From the IMG/VR virus record IMGVR_UViG_3300030497_000009: a stretch of 64,000 bases of DNA, one strand, 5' to 3'. Positions 42,827 through 51,223 of the stretch are shown piece after piece. The notes under the pieces are model-generated. The model did not search any database, was not told the origin of the DNA, and was given only the letters and a program-made list of their open reading frames with translations. This DNA is from a virus. Every line of letters starts with the position of its first letter. The first letter of the stretch is position 1. A program made the translations under genes and the position numbers.

Positions 42827-44466
42827 CCATGAACGAACAGGCGCTTTTAGAGCGAATGAAGAAAGAGATACCTGAGCTTTATGCGCTCCAGTATCACACT
42901 ATACGTGGAAAGCCGTTGACGTTTCACATTAAAAATAAAAATGAAAAGAAAGCTCGTGGACATCGTCCTTGGCAGACAGCCATCATTAACGATGCACACC
43001 CAGATAAAATCGTGCGTAAGTCACGTCAGTTGGGTTTATCAGAAATGGGACTTATCGAGAACATTCAGTTTGCGGACGTGAAGAATAACGTTAAAACGAT
43101 GTTAACGTTCCCACGTAACCGTCAGCTGGTTGACTTTGTAAAAACCCGTATGAACCCTGTATTCGATAATAACCCTTACTTTAAATCAATACTTGACCCT
43201 GCGATGAACTCTATTGAGGTTAAAAAGATTCGTGATAGCTTCTTAATGTTCCGTTCAGCATGGGGTGGAGCGTTGGGGGAGGGTGCGGATATTGACTTTC
43301 TAGCCTTCGATGAATATGACCGTATGTCTGATGGCGTAGAATTAGCCTTCCAAGAGTCTATGAAATCTTCTGCTTACGGATGGTTGCGTCGTTGGTCTAC
43401 ACCTACGATCCCCGGACGAGGGGTTGACTTACAGTTTGGTAAATCCGATCAACGTTTCTACATGCATAAATGTGAAGCTTGTAACGAGTGGCAGGTTATT
43501 AATGCTGAGGATAACATCTTCCAATACAAGAAAGATGGTATTGACTTGATGACTGACGAGATTCAGGATGGCACGTTCGGATTCGTTTGCTCTCACTGTT
43601 CTAAGCCTTTAGACCGTTGGTACAACGGGGAATGGGTTGCGAAGTATCCTGACCGAAAAGCTATCCGTGGTTATCACATTTCACAGCTTAATGCGGTGTG
43701 GATTTCTGCCGATGACGTTAAACGACGTGAATTAAAATACACCTCTAAACAGCTATTCTATAACTACGTTATTGGAGAGCCGTATGCCAGTGAAGGTTTG
43801 GTAATTACAGAGGACGATATCTTAGGCAGTAAGCGATTCGAAACGCGCGTACACAGCCGACAGAGCTACAAGAAAACCGTTGTAGGAATTGACTGGGGTA
43901 TTCGAAACTGGTGTCTAGTGCTAGGTATTAAAGAGGATGGCCAAGTTGATTTGCTAAACCTCTTTATGTTCCCTGATAACCCACAGAAACCTCTGGAGCC
44001 GGTTGGAATGATTGCGGCAAGTATTAAGCCTTACGATCCTGATTTAATTATTGCGGATGCTGGGTTTGGTGCTGACCGGAATACGTATCTAATGCAATTA
44101 TTTCCTGGTGTTACTTGGGCTTGTCAGTACAATACGTATAAGGGTAAGTCAAAACCACAAGATTCATGGAACGAACAAGGTAGAATGATAAACGTTGATA
44201 AAACAGTTAAAGTTCAACGTATGCTTCATACTGTAAAAGGGCGCGGTGTGGGGATGTGGCGTATGGACGATGACCTCATGATTTTCACCAAGCATCTTAA
44301 AAACGTTCGTGTGATGGACGAAGAGGACGATGGGATTGTTTATCAGGTAGCTACTCGAATTGGTGACGACCACTGGAGTTCTTGTTTGGTCTACGCACTA
44401 ATTGGCGTTGAAAAATTAAAAGGTATCTACCTTCCAAAGCAGGATTTCAATTTCGATTTCATGTAG
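42823..44466 (+). CDS. terL: Terminase large subunit (SPO1/Twort-like)
   Basis: YHTIRGKPLTF, HRPWQ, KSRQLGLSE, FDEYDR, RRWSTPTIPG, CGKP-like CSKPLDRWYNGEW, GIDWG, GDDH. Confidence 0.95.
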   Translation: MTMNEQALLERMKKEIPELYALQYHTIRGKPLTFHIKNKNEKKARGHRPWQTAIINDAHPDKIVRKSRQLGLSEMGLIENIQFADVKNNVKTMLTFPRNRQLVDFVKTRMNPVFDNNPYFKSILDPAMNSIEVKKIRDSFLMFRSAWGGALGEGADIDFLAFDEYDRMSDGVELAFQESMKSSAYGWLRRWSTPTIPGRGVDLQFGKSDQRFYMHKCEACNEWQVINAEDNIFQYKKDGIDLMTDEIQDGTFGFVCSHCSKPLDRWYNGEWVAKYPDRKAIRGYHISQLNAVWISADDVKRRELKYTSKQLFYNYVIGEPYASEGLVITEDDILGSKRFETRVHSRQSYKKTVVGIDWGIRNWCLVLGIKEDGQVDLLNLFMFPDNPQKPLEPVGMIAASIKPYDPDLIIADAGFGADRNTYLMQLFPGVTWACQYNTYKGKSKPQDSWNEQGRMINVDKTVKVQRMLHTVKGRGVGMWRMDDDLMIFTKHLKNVRVMDEEDDGIVYQVATRIGDDHWSSCLVYALIGVEKLKGIYLPKQDFNFDFM

Positions 44467-44498
44467 GAGCAACTTTTGTATTTTCTTCCTTTTATTAG
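44466..44498 (+). promoter_or_regulatory. Phage-sigma (middle-like) promoter
   Basis: GGAGCA-N18-TTTTATTAG overlapping the terL stop. Confidence 0.7.
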
Positions 44499-44513
44499 TT
44501 AGGAGGGGATTTT

Positions 44514-45221
44514 ATGAAAGAGCACATATTTGAAGAGAACTATAAACGGTTGCCTCACGCTAAACCTGACCCAATAAGATTTGTGATAACTGAAAAAGGT
44601 TGTTGGAATGTTATTGGAAGGTCAGAGCGAAAAGGCGAAAATAGTTATACGCGTGTTGAACGCAATAATATCGCGACTAAAACACACCGTTATGTTTATC
44701 AGCAAGTCAAGGGCGCGATACCAGAAGGTCACGTTGTGAGACACCTTTGTCACAACAAACGTTGTATAAACCCAGACCACCTTACGACTGGAACCCAACA
44801 AGAGAACATCGATGACAACATTGATGCTGGACTAATTCTTAAAGGTGACAAACATGGACTTACAGACCTTCCAAAGCCGGTTTATTTCAAGATACGTGAG
44901 ATGTTATCACGTGAAATGACTTATACTTCGATTGGTGAGCTCCTTGATGTCTGTAGACACATAGTGAGAAAGATAGACCAAGGCACTCACTGGAGTGTTG
45001 AGAAATACGAGCCTTTAAGGTATAAACCTCATGAGCCACCAAAAGCGTATAACGAAAGTATACGCAAAGTCACACAGGAGGTATACGATATCATAATGGA
45101 ACTATCTTCAGAAAACTTTAGTGTTAAATCTATACAGGAAGCCACGGGGTTATCTTCAAGTACCATAAGACTAATAAGAAAAGGCAAACACTGGGCTAAC
45201 GACATTTTTGGAGGTAAGTAA
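44514..45221 (+). CDS. HNH homing endonuclease with tandem C-terminal HTH repeats
   Basis: GCW, THRYVY, VRHLCHNKRCINPDHL..GTQQEN; two HTH repeats each ending in (G)xHW. Confidence 0.9.
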   Translation: MKEHIFEENYKRLPHAKPDPIRFVITEKGCWNVIGRSERKGENSYTRVERNNIATKTHRYVYQQVKGAIPEGHVVRHLCHNKRCINPDHLTTGTQQENIDDNIDAGLILKGDKHGLTDLPKPVYFKIREMLSREMTYTSIGELLDVCRHIVRKIDQGTHWSVEKYEPLRYKPHEPPKAYNESIRKVTQEVYDIIMELSSENFSVKSIQEATGLSSSTIRLIRKGKHWANDIFGGK

Positions 45222-45222
45222 A

Positions 45223-45360
45223 ATGGACGATTTTATTAACGAATGGACAGCCGACGTAAGCAAAACGAGTAATACAACTCTCCCTCAAAGCCCACTTAAG
45301 TTGACAGTGAAGGAACCTGAACCACCCATAAAGCTAGTGATTAAAGACAGCGCAAAATAG
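45223..45360 (+). CDS. 45-aa hypothetical protein
   Basis: GGAGG RBS. Confidence 0.5.
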   Translation: MDDFINEWTADVSKTSNTTLPQSPLKLTVKEPEPPIKLVIKDSAK

Positions 45361-45372
45361 CGCTGTCTTTTT
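45343..45372 (+). terminator. Intrinsic terminator
   Basis: AAAGACAGCGC...GCGCTGTCTTT. Confidence 0.75.
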
Positions 45373-45419
45373 CAATATATTAGTTGTAGATGAATAGACT
45401 ATATAACGAGGTGACTATT

Positions 45420-46421
45420 GTGTTTGATTTAAAGAAAAGTATCTTTGACGACTTATCAGAAGATTGGAATAATTTGTTTAAAGCAGTTGGTGTCGAGTCT
45501 CTTGAAGAGCTATCAAAGGGTGAGAAGAAAGAAAAGAAACCGGAACCAGCTAAAAAGAAAAAACAGGAAAAGCCAGAAAAGAAACCTGAGAAGAAGCCGG
45601 TGGCAAAGAAAAAAGCCAGCCCAAAACCAAAAAGCAAGAAGAAGGGCGAACCTAAGACAGTCATAATTGCTCCTCATGATGACGAGAAGTTAAACGAGCT
45701 TCATGAGCACCTAGACGGTTGGAATGACACGGAAGCTTCAGTGGCATTCAAAGAAGCTTCACAAGACCATTACCTGATAGCACTAATGAACGGAGATACA
45801 GTGTCAGGTGTGGGATCGTTCAAACGAAGTGGAAAGACACTTCAGATGGAACACTTTGCATCCAACAAAGAAGTGAAAGGTGGAGGTAAATGTATCGTTC
45901 AAAAGCTTTTAGAGCAAGCTTCAAAGATGGATTTTGGTGTCGTTGTTAAACCTCCTAAGGGCGCTGGTAAGTGTCTCAAAAAGATGGGGTTTACAGATTC
46001 CGAATTAAACGGTACACTATCTTTAGACTCTGAAGAGGTTAAAAAGGTAGTTAGTGGTCAGCGTGACGGAGATACAGACAAAGTTACAGACTCTAAAGAA
46101 CCGAAAGAGAAACCAAAAACAGTGTCTAAAGATGAGTCAAAAGCGAACGAACACAAAAAGGCTACGAAAGCCATCAAGAAGGTTCGTAAACAACTTGGCT
46201 CAGCGCACCACCATGCGTTGTTGGAGCACCACGGTGTCTCTTGGGAAAAATCCAAACATGACGGTGTGAACCATATGCGTGCTAGCATGGCTGCTGCTGA
46301 CCACATTAAAGGTGGTGGTAAGCTAGACGTAAAAAGCTATGTAAAACATATAGGCTCAGCAGATAAAGAGAAAAAGCAAGACAGGGAGAAGAGTGATGAA
46401 AAAATTAGGGAGGATAATTGA
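45420..46421 (+). CDS. GNAT acetyltransferase-domain protein with Lys-rich linkers and the shared cargo module
   Basis: LIALMNGDTVSGVGSF...LQMEHFAS...KGGGKCIVQKLLEQA...A..LKKMGF; module GVSWEKSKHDGVNHMRA; GTG start behind GAGGTG. Confidence 0.7.
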   Translation: MFDLKKSIFDDLSEDWNNLFKAVGVESLEELSKGEKKEKKPEPAKKKKQEKPEKKPEKKPVAKKKASPKPKSKKKGEPKTVIIAPHDDEKLNELHEHLDGWNDTEASVAFKEASQDHYLIALMNGDTVSGVGSFKRSGKTLQMEHFASNKEVKGGGKCIVQKLLEQASKMDFGVVVKPPKGAGKCLKKMGFTDSELNGTLSLDSEEVKKVVSGQRDGDTDKVTDSKEPKEKPKTVSKDESKANEHKKATKAIKKVRKQLGSAHHHALLEHHGVSWEKSKHDGVNHMRASMAAADHIKGGGKLDVKSYVKHIGSADKEKKQDREKSDEKIREDN

Positions 46422-46564
46422 ATAGAATGGGTAAATTGCGAATAAACAAAAAAATTTCAAAATATTTCCGAAAATAGCGTTTAACTTTCAGAAAACGGGT
46501 ATATAAAGGTTAGATATGGATATAATATACTATAAACTGATATGTTGAGAGGAGATAGTCAAAA

Positions 46565-46771
46565 ATGACTAGAGAAGCTGTTTTGGAAAGAGAAGAACAA
46601 TTTGTGAGGGAACCATTTGTATTTGAGAGTGAAACAAGAGAACTAGTGAAACGTACTGCGGATAGGCTAAATAACCTACAATCTGATAAAACTTATGATG
46701 TTGATTACTTGACTAGAAATAATAAAACTATATACTACGTATTTGAAATAACAGACTTGGATGAAATATAA
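46565..46771 (+). CDS. Hypothetical protein (AT-rich)
   Basis: GAGGAG RBS. Confidence 0.65.
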   Translation: MTREAVLEREEQFVREPFVFESETRELVKRTADRLNNLQSDKTYDVDYLTRNNKTIYYVFEITDLDEI

Positions 46772-46787
46772 TAATTTATAATAAAGG

Positions 46788-46817
46788 AAGCCCTGACTCT
46801 ATGACGTCGGGGCTTTT
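46788..46817 (+). terminator. Intrinsic terminator
   Basis: AAGCCCTGAC...GTCGGGGCTT plus T-tract. Confidence 0.65.
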
Positions 46818-46827
46818 GTTGTACATA

Positions 46828-46860
46828 GGAGTATTTTTTGACACCCCAGCGTTTTATTAG
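46828..46860 (+). promoter_or_regulatory. Phage-sigma (middle-like) promoter
   Basis: GGAGTA-N18-TTTTATTAG. Confidence 0.75.
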
Positions 46861-46890
46861 GTAACTTATTAAACGAGGGGGATTAACCAG

Positions 46891-47961
46891 ATGACAGTTA
46901 AAAAGTTTGAAAATAATCCGCACCTAGAGGGAACCAGAGACGAATATTTGGAAAGTCATATAAAGATGGTATATAAAGTAGCGCAGAGCTTTTACGCGCG
47001 AGGTGAGGAATTTGGGTTAGACACCGACGATGTTGACCAAATTGGGATGATTGGGTATATTAAAGCTTACGATAACTATGACCCAACCAACGCGAAACTT
47101 AAGGGCAGAGTAACAAAGTTTACAACTTATGCTTATCCAAAGATAAAGGGCGAAATACTACGATACTTTGCGAACGTGGGGCAGGGTGGGATGAAAGTTT
47201 CGAGAACAGTAATTGACTTAGCGTTGAAGCTACGTTATTCAGAAAGAACATATAGTACAGCTAGCGATGTTATGGAAGATTACGATGTTTCCGAGTGGAT
47301 GGCATGCGACGCTCTTGAAATAGTTCATCACGGTAAATACACAATTTCGGCTGAGTCACCGATTACAACCGGATTGTCTGGTGATGAAGAACTACGCATA
47401 ATGGACGTAATGGAAGGGGATCTTAATGTTCACTCAATCGTTTTAAATGAATTTTTAAGTACGTTGACTTACAATCAGCGACGAATTGTTGAGTTGCGGT
47501 TTATCCACTTTTACACACAGGCAGAAGTTGGAGAAATTCTGGGTATCACACAAGCCCACGTTTCGAGGGTTGAGAAAGCGGTACGAGAAATTACTGCAAC
47601 TTGGCTTGAGTTCGGGTACACGGCAACTTATCTAAAACCAGAAACATATCTTTTTGATAAGATGCAACGAGAACGAATTGAAAAGCGTGAAGCTGAGAAG
47701 CAAGCGAAACTTGCGAAACCAAAGCCTGTTAGAAAGGGAAGACCCATCCGTGGCGACATCGAGCTGGCCAGAGAGCTTATGATGAACTCAGATTTGTCAC
47801 CGAGAGAAATTCACCTACAAACAAGAGTGTCATACCATATCGTGTTAAAGCTTGACAAAGAGCTACGCACTAAGGCTAAACGCAAGAAGGTTAAAACGCG
47901 TGTTGCGAAAGAACGTTATGAAAAGCTACATTCTGAGGTGGCAGCGTCACGTGAAGCCTAA
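46891..47961 (+). CDS. Sigma-70-family sigma factor (SigF/SigG-like) with C-terminal basic HTH extension
   Basis: DDVDQIGMIGYIKAYDNYD...KFTTYAYPKIKGEILRY; TQAEVGEILGITQAHVSRVE; extra HTH LSPREIHLQTRVSYHIV. Confidence 0.87.
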   Translation: MTVKKFENNPHLEGTRDEYLESHIKMVYKVAQSFYARGEEFGLDTDDVDQIGMIGYIKAYDNYDPTNAKLKGRVTKFTTYAYPKIKGEILRYFANVGQGGMKVSRTVIDLALKLRYSERTYSTASDVMEDYDVSEWMACDALEIVHHGKYTISAESPITTGLSGDEELRIMDVMEGDLNVHSIVLNEFLSTLTYNQRRIVELRFIHFYTQAEVGEILGITQAHVSRVEKAVREITATWLEFGYTATYLKPETYLFDKMQRERIEKREAEKQAKLAKPKPVRKGRPIRGDIELARELMMNSDLSPREIHLQTRVSYHIVLKLDKELRTKAKRKKVKTRVAKERYEKLHSEVAASREA

Positions 47962-48011
47962 ACATTAGTAATGGAGTAAATAACTAGAAATACGCGTTGT
48001 AATGTGCATGA

Positions 48012-48036
48012 GGGCTGGAAGTCTGCCAGCCTTTTT
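48012..48036 (+). terminator. Intrinsic terminator
   Basis: GGCTGG...CCAGCC plus T-tract. Confidence 0.7.
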
Positions 48037-48105
48037 CAACATTCTAAATGTCCTCCTTGATTCAGCTATATTTTTTAGTGACTGACTAACGAAGGAGGAA
48101 TTAAC

Positions 48106-48417
48106 ATGACAGACAACCAACGCGATGCACTAGTTGACCAACGACTAAAAGTATTAGAAGAAGACGTGAAAGAACTACAAGAGGACGTGAAAGAGCTTGA
48201 TAAACGTGTATCCAACCACGATGTTTCCATCGCTAAAATAGAGCTTATCGTTGAAGGGCTGAAATCACAATGGTCAAGTTTAGAAATTTCCATTAGACAA
48301 ATGCTTGACGGGCAAAATACGAACAATAACAATGCATGGGCTGATATCGTTCGTGAAACGTTAAAAACAACTGTTCTTATCGTTGGAGCTATTTTGGGCG
48401 CTAAAATTTTCTTGTAA
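48106..48417 (+). CDS. XhlA/BhlA-like holin-type protein
   Basis: N-terminal coiled coil and a single C-terminal hydrophobic helix. Confidence 0.55.
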   Translation: MTDNQRDALVDQRLKVLEEDVKELQEDVKELDKRVSNHDVSIAKIELIVEGLKSQWSSLEISIRQMLDGQNTNNNNAWADIVRETLKTTVLIVGAILGAKIFL

Positions 48418-48488
48418 AAAATCAGTATCCTAAAGCGTGTTTCTGTATAGACTATACTGTAACCTAACTTATAAAGGAGTGAAAGGTA

Positions 48489-48953
48489 ATGGGTATTAGT
48501 CTATTCATGGAAGGAACAGGTGTGATATTTCTAAACGGGATTGGGTACAAGAACAGTAATGGTCAGGTAAAATATGATGTAAAAGCTGGCTCGAAGGGTA
48601 TAATTAAGAAAGCGAAGCTGGCGGATGGGAAAACTGTTTATGACGTGGAGTTATCTTATGGAAAGACACTAACGAGTGGGTCAGTCGTAACAGACGTTCC
48701 TGGTGAAATGCTAGGTAAACTACAAAGTGACATACTAAAGCCGGTTGAAGAGTTCCCCAAGAAGCCTAAAAAGGATCGACCTTGGAGAAAGTTCAGTACA
48801 GAACAGCTTGAGAAGTTCGCTGAAGCGCATAATATAGAGTGGAAGCGCAACGAAAGCCCTAAAGTAAACCGTATGTTTTTGGTAAAGGCACTCGATGATT
48901 CTGGTGTTGAAGCTCCGAAGAATGAGGAAGAATTAAATAGTAACATCGGATGA
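48489..48953 (+). CDS. Hypothetical protein carrying a divergent copy of the shared module
   Basis: LEKFAEAHNIEWKRNESPKVNRMFLVKAL. Confidence 0.65.
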   Translation: MGISLFMEGTGVIFLNGIGYKNSNGQVKYDVKAGSKGIIKKAKLADGKTVYDVELSYGKTLTSGSVVTDVPGEMLGKLQSDILKPVEEFPKKPKKDRPWRKFSTEQLEKFAEAHNIEWKRNESPKVNRMFLVKALDDSGVEAPKNEEELNSNIG

Positions 48954-48954
48954 T

Positions 48955-48980
48955 GGGGAGCCGTGAGCTCCTCTTTTTTA
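48955..48980 (+). terminator. Intrinsic terminator
   Basis: GGGGAGC-CGTGA-GCTCCTC plus T-tract. Confidence 0.7.
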
Positions 48981-48985
48981 TTTAT

Positions 48986-49070
48986 TTGACAAAATGAGGA
49001 ATAAACTGTTGAATTGTGTATAAACTAGTAGTATGATAAGTTTGTAAGTTAATCTGAGTCATAAAAGGAG
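48986..49070 (+). promoter_or_regulatory. SigmaA-type early promoter with conserved leader (copy B)
   Basis: TTGACA(48986), TTGAAT(49009)-N17-TATGAT(49032). Confidence 0.8.
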
Positions 49071-49073
49071 AAG

Positions 49074-49937
49074 ATGGAAATGGAAAAACGTAAAGAGGAA
49101 CTTTTAACGAAAATTCAAAATTTATTAAACACAACTACTGATAAAGGTGCTAGTGAAGCAGAAGCCCAAAGCGCAATTTTGTTGGCGCAAAAGTTAATGG
49201 CGAAACACGGTTTGGAAACGTCTGACGTTGAAGCTAGTGGTGAACCAGTATCGAAAGAGGTTGCAGAAGCTGCTGGCCAAGATAAAGGTGGGGTGCTACA
49301 ATGGTGGGAGAAGAACCTTGCGAAAATTATTGCTGACAACTTCCGATGCTACACTTTTACGCGTGGGTATGGTAGACGTTACTTTATTGTATTTATGGGG
49401 TTGAAGGAAGATACGGAAATCGCGAAGAACATCTTTAAATTCGCTTCTGCTCAGATTGAACACCATGCTCGCCAATATCGTCGCTCTCGCAAGAAAGAGC
49501 TTGAGAAGCAACTCCCGAAAGATTTCAAGAAGTTCACGCTTGACCAACTAAAAGACTTCGCGATTGACATCGATGTTCCTTGGAGAAGAGTTGACTCCGC
49601 GCTTGATTACGATACAGACGCGATGAAGCGAAAATACTTAACGAGCTACATTAAAGAAAAGCTTGGACTCAACATAGATGGTGTGGCGTTACGAAACGAC
49701 TACGTGAGTGGATTCCTTAAAGGGCTAGGCGATAAGCTACGTGAACAACAAAAAGCCAACGAAGCAGAGTGGGGATTGGTACTTGTTAAAGATACAGACG
49801 TTGTTGCCAAGTACGAATCGATGAACTTTACGAAGGGTAAAGCTTCCAAAGTTTCGAGTAGTGGTGACGCAGAAGCGTATAGTGCCGGTGTGAAGCAGGG
49901 TAAAGCCTTTAGTAGCGCGTCTGGCGAGTTAGAATAA
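49074..49937 (+). CDS. DUF2786-domain protein
   Basis: KIQNLL......EAEAQSA...AQKLMAKHGL; LAKIIADNFRC; ..F.G..ED; Y..G...G C-terminus. Confidence 0.8.
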   Translation: MEMEKRKEELLTKIQNLLNTTTDKGASEAEAQSAILLAQKLMAKHGLETSDVEASGEPVSKEVAEAAGQDKGGVLQWWEKNLAKIIADNFRCYTFTRGYGRRYFIVFMGLKEDTEIAKNIFKFASAQIEHHARQYRRSRKKELEKQLPKDFKKFTLDQLKDFAIDIDVPWRRVDSALDYDTDAMKRKYLTSYIKEKLGLNIDGVALRNDYVSGFLKGLGDKLREQQKANEAEWGLVLVKDTDVVAKYESMNFTKGKASKVSSSGDAEAYSAGVKQGKAFSSASGELE

Positions 49938-50043
49938 ATGAACTAAGACCTTGGGCTTATGCCTGAGGTTTCTTTATGTTTAGAAAATTCTAAAAGATTC
50001 TCCTGTGGGGTTGATATTACCTTAAAAAAGGAGAGTGGTTAGA

Positions 50044-50235
50044 ATGGCACAGAAGTTAACGTTTGAACAGAAGATAAAAGCAGAGCAGATCATGATGTAC
50101 ACATACATGGATTACCATTTAGCAATATTGCACGAAGCTATTGAAAAAGGTGACGCAGAAGCGCAAACCTTACAGCTTGGACAACTAGAGAAGACAAGAG
50201 AACGGTTAATTGAACTTGGTTATTTCACAGCTTGA
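50044..50235 (+). CDS. Small helical Bacillus-type hypothetical protein
   Basis: DYHLAILHEAI.KGD......LE..RERL; preceded by a GATATT box. Confidence 0.6.
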   Translation: MAQKLTFEQKIKAEQIMMYTYMDYHLAILHEAIEKGDAEAQTLQLGQLEKTRERLIELGYFTA

Positions 50236-50325
50236 CAAAATGTAGGAAAAACTGTTGAAATGTAGAGAATAAACAATTATACTTGAACTATGTTAAATTA
50301 ACCGAGTCGAAAAAGGAGAGGTTAT
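50232..50325 (+). promoter_or_regulatory. SigmaA-type early promoter with conserved leader (copy C)
   Basis: TTGACA(50232), TTGAAA(50255)-N17-TATACT(50278); leader CCGAGTCGAAAAAGGAGAGG. Confidence 0.8.
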
Positions 50326-50329
50326 CTTT

Positions 50330-50866
50330 ATGGAAAAAGTTAAGGAGTACAGAATCAACGTTAGGCAGTTCCTCACTAAACCTAATCCAAAATACCCGAA
50401 TAAAGCCCCTGTGCCGATGCGCACGATGTTTGGCCAAATTACCAAAGAAACTGAAAAAGCGATTTACGTTGTTATGAAGGGCAAACCTGAACCAACTGAT
50501 ACTTGTATGCGTTGTGGGAGAGGACTTGACCACCCAGTATCCGTTTTATACGGCATAGGTCCTGAATGTGGAATGCATTATCACATTAGCCCGTTTAGCA
50601 CTAAAGAAGAACTGGATGCCCAGATGGACATTCTGAAAGCTAACTTGGCTGACGTTGTTTATGAAGGCTGGTTGCCTAAAGGTTATATTACTTACGAAGA
50701 AACTGGAGAGACGGTTGAGAAGGCTGAAACGGAGCTTGAAGCTTCTAATAAAGACTTAGCTAAGAAAGCTGAGAAAAAGCCTGAGCCAGCCGTTTTAGAG
50801 CCTGTGAAGGCGGATAAAGAGCTAGCGAAGAAGTTGGCTTCCGAATTTAATAAGATGTTCAAATAG
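50330..50866 (+). CDS. DUF6011-like zinc-finger protein
   Basis: CMRCGRGLDHPVSVLYGIGPECG. Confidence 0.75.
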   Translation: MEKVKEYRINVRQFLTKPNPKYPNKAPVPMRTMFGQITKETEKAIYVVMKGKPEPTDTCMRCGRGLDHPVSVLYGIGPECGMHYHISPFSTKEELDAQMDILKANLADVVYEGWLPKGYITYEETGETVEKAETELEASNKDLAKKAEKKPEPAVLEPVKADKELAKKLASEFNKMFK

Positions 50867-50898
50867 GAGTAAATTGTTGTATCGTATCTTTTTGTTAT
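50866..50898 (+). promoter_or_regulatory. Phage-sigma (middle-like) promoter
   Basis: GGAGTA-N18-TTTTGTTAT. Confidence 0.55.
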
Positions 50899-50926
50899 TC
50901 GAAACCTAATTTGAGGAGTGTTGGAT

Positions 50927-51169
50927 ATGTCAAGAGTAAACGATGTGAAGCAAGAACGTTTTAACAAAGTTATGGATAAAGTAATCGCGGTTGGTTTGGT
51001 TGCTGGTGTTTGTTTTGCTGCTCCGATTTTCTTTAAGGGTGCTGGTGTATTTTACCACCAGCAGTACGAAAAACCCGTCCTTGAATCCAAGATTTACGAA
51101 AAGGATACGTATACGAGAGAAACGATGCAACAAGGTACTTTTGAAATTGTTTATAAAAATAAGGAATAA
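50927..51169 (+). CDS. Single-pass membrane protein
   Basis: One hydrophobic segment; GGAG RBS. Confidence 0.65.
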   Translation: MSRVNDVKQERFNKVMDKVIAVGLVAGVCFAAPIFFKGAGVFYHQQYEKPVLESKIYEKDTYTRETMQQGTFEIVYKNKE

Positions 51170-51223
51170 GAGACGAGCTGTTTGCGTAAACTAGTAGTAA
51201 CTTAAAACAAAGGAGTGTTTGTT

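Noticed and set aside
42823-44466. Group I intron or intein in terL, as in some Twort-like phages
   Set aside because: The ORF is continuous at 547 aa with motifs in expected order; the HNH gene lies after the stop.
46425-46560. Sporulation sigmaF/sigmaG-type promoter upstream of 46565
   Set aside because: GTATA and GGATATAAT are 14 nt apart, off the usual spacing, and the region is AT-rich enough for chance matches.
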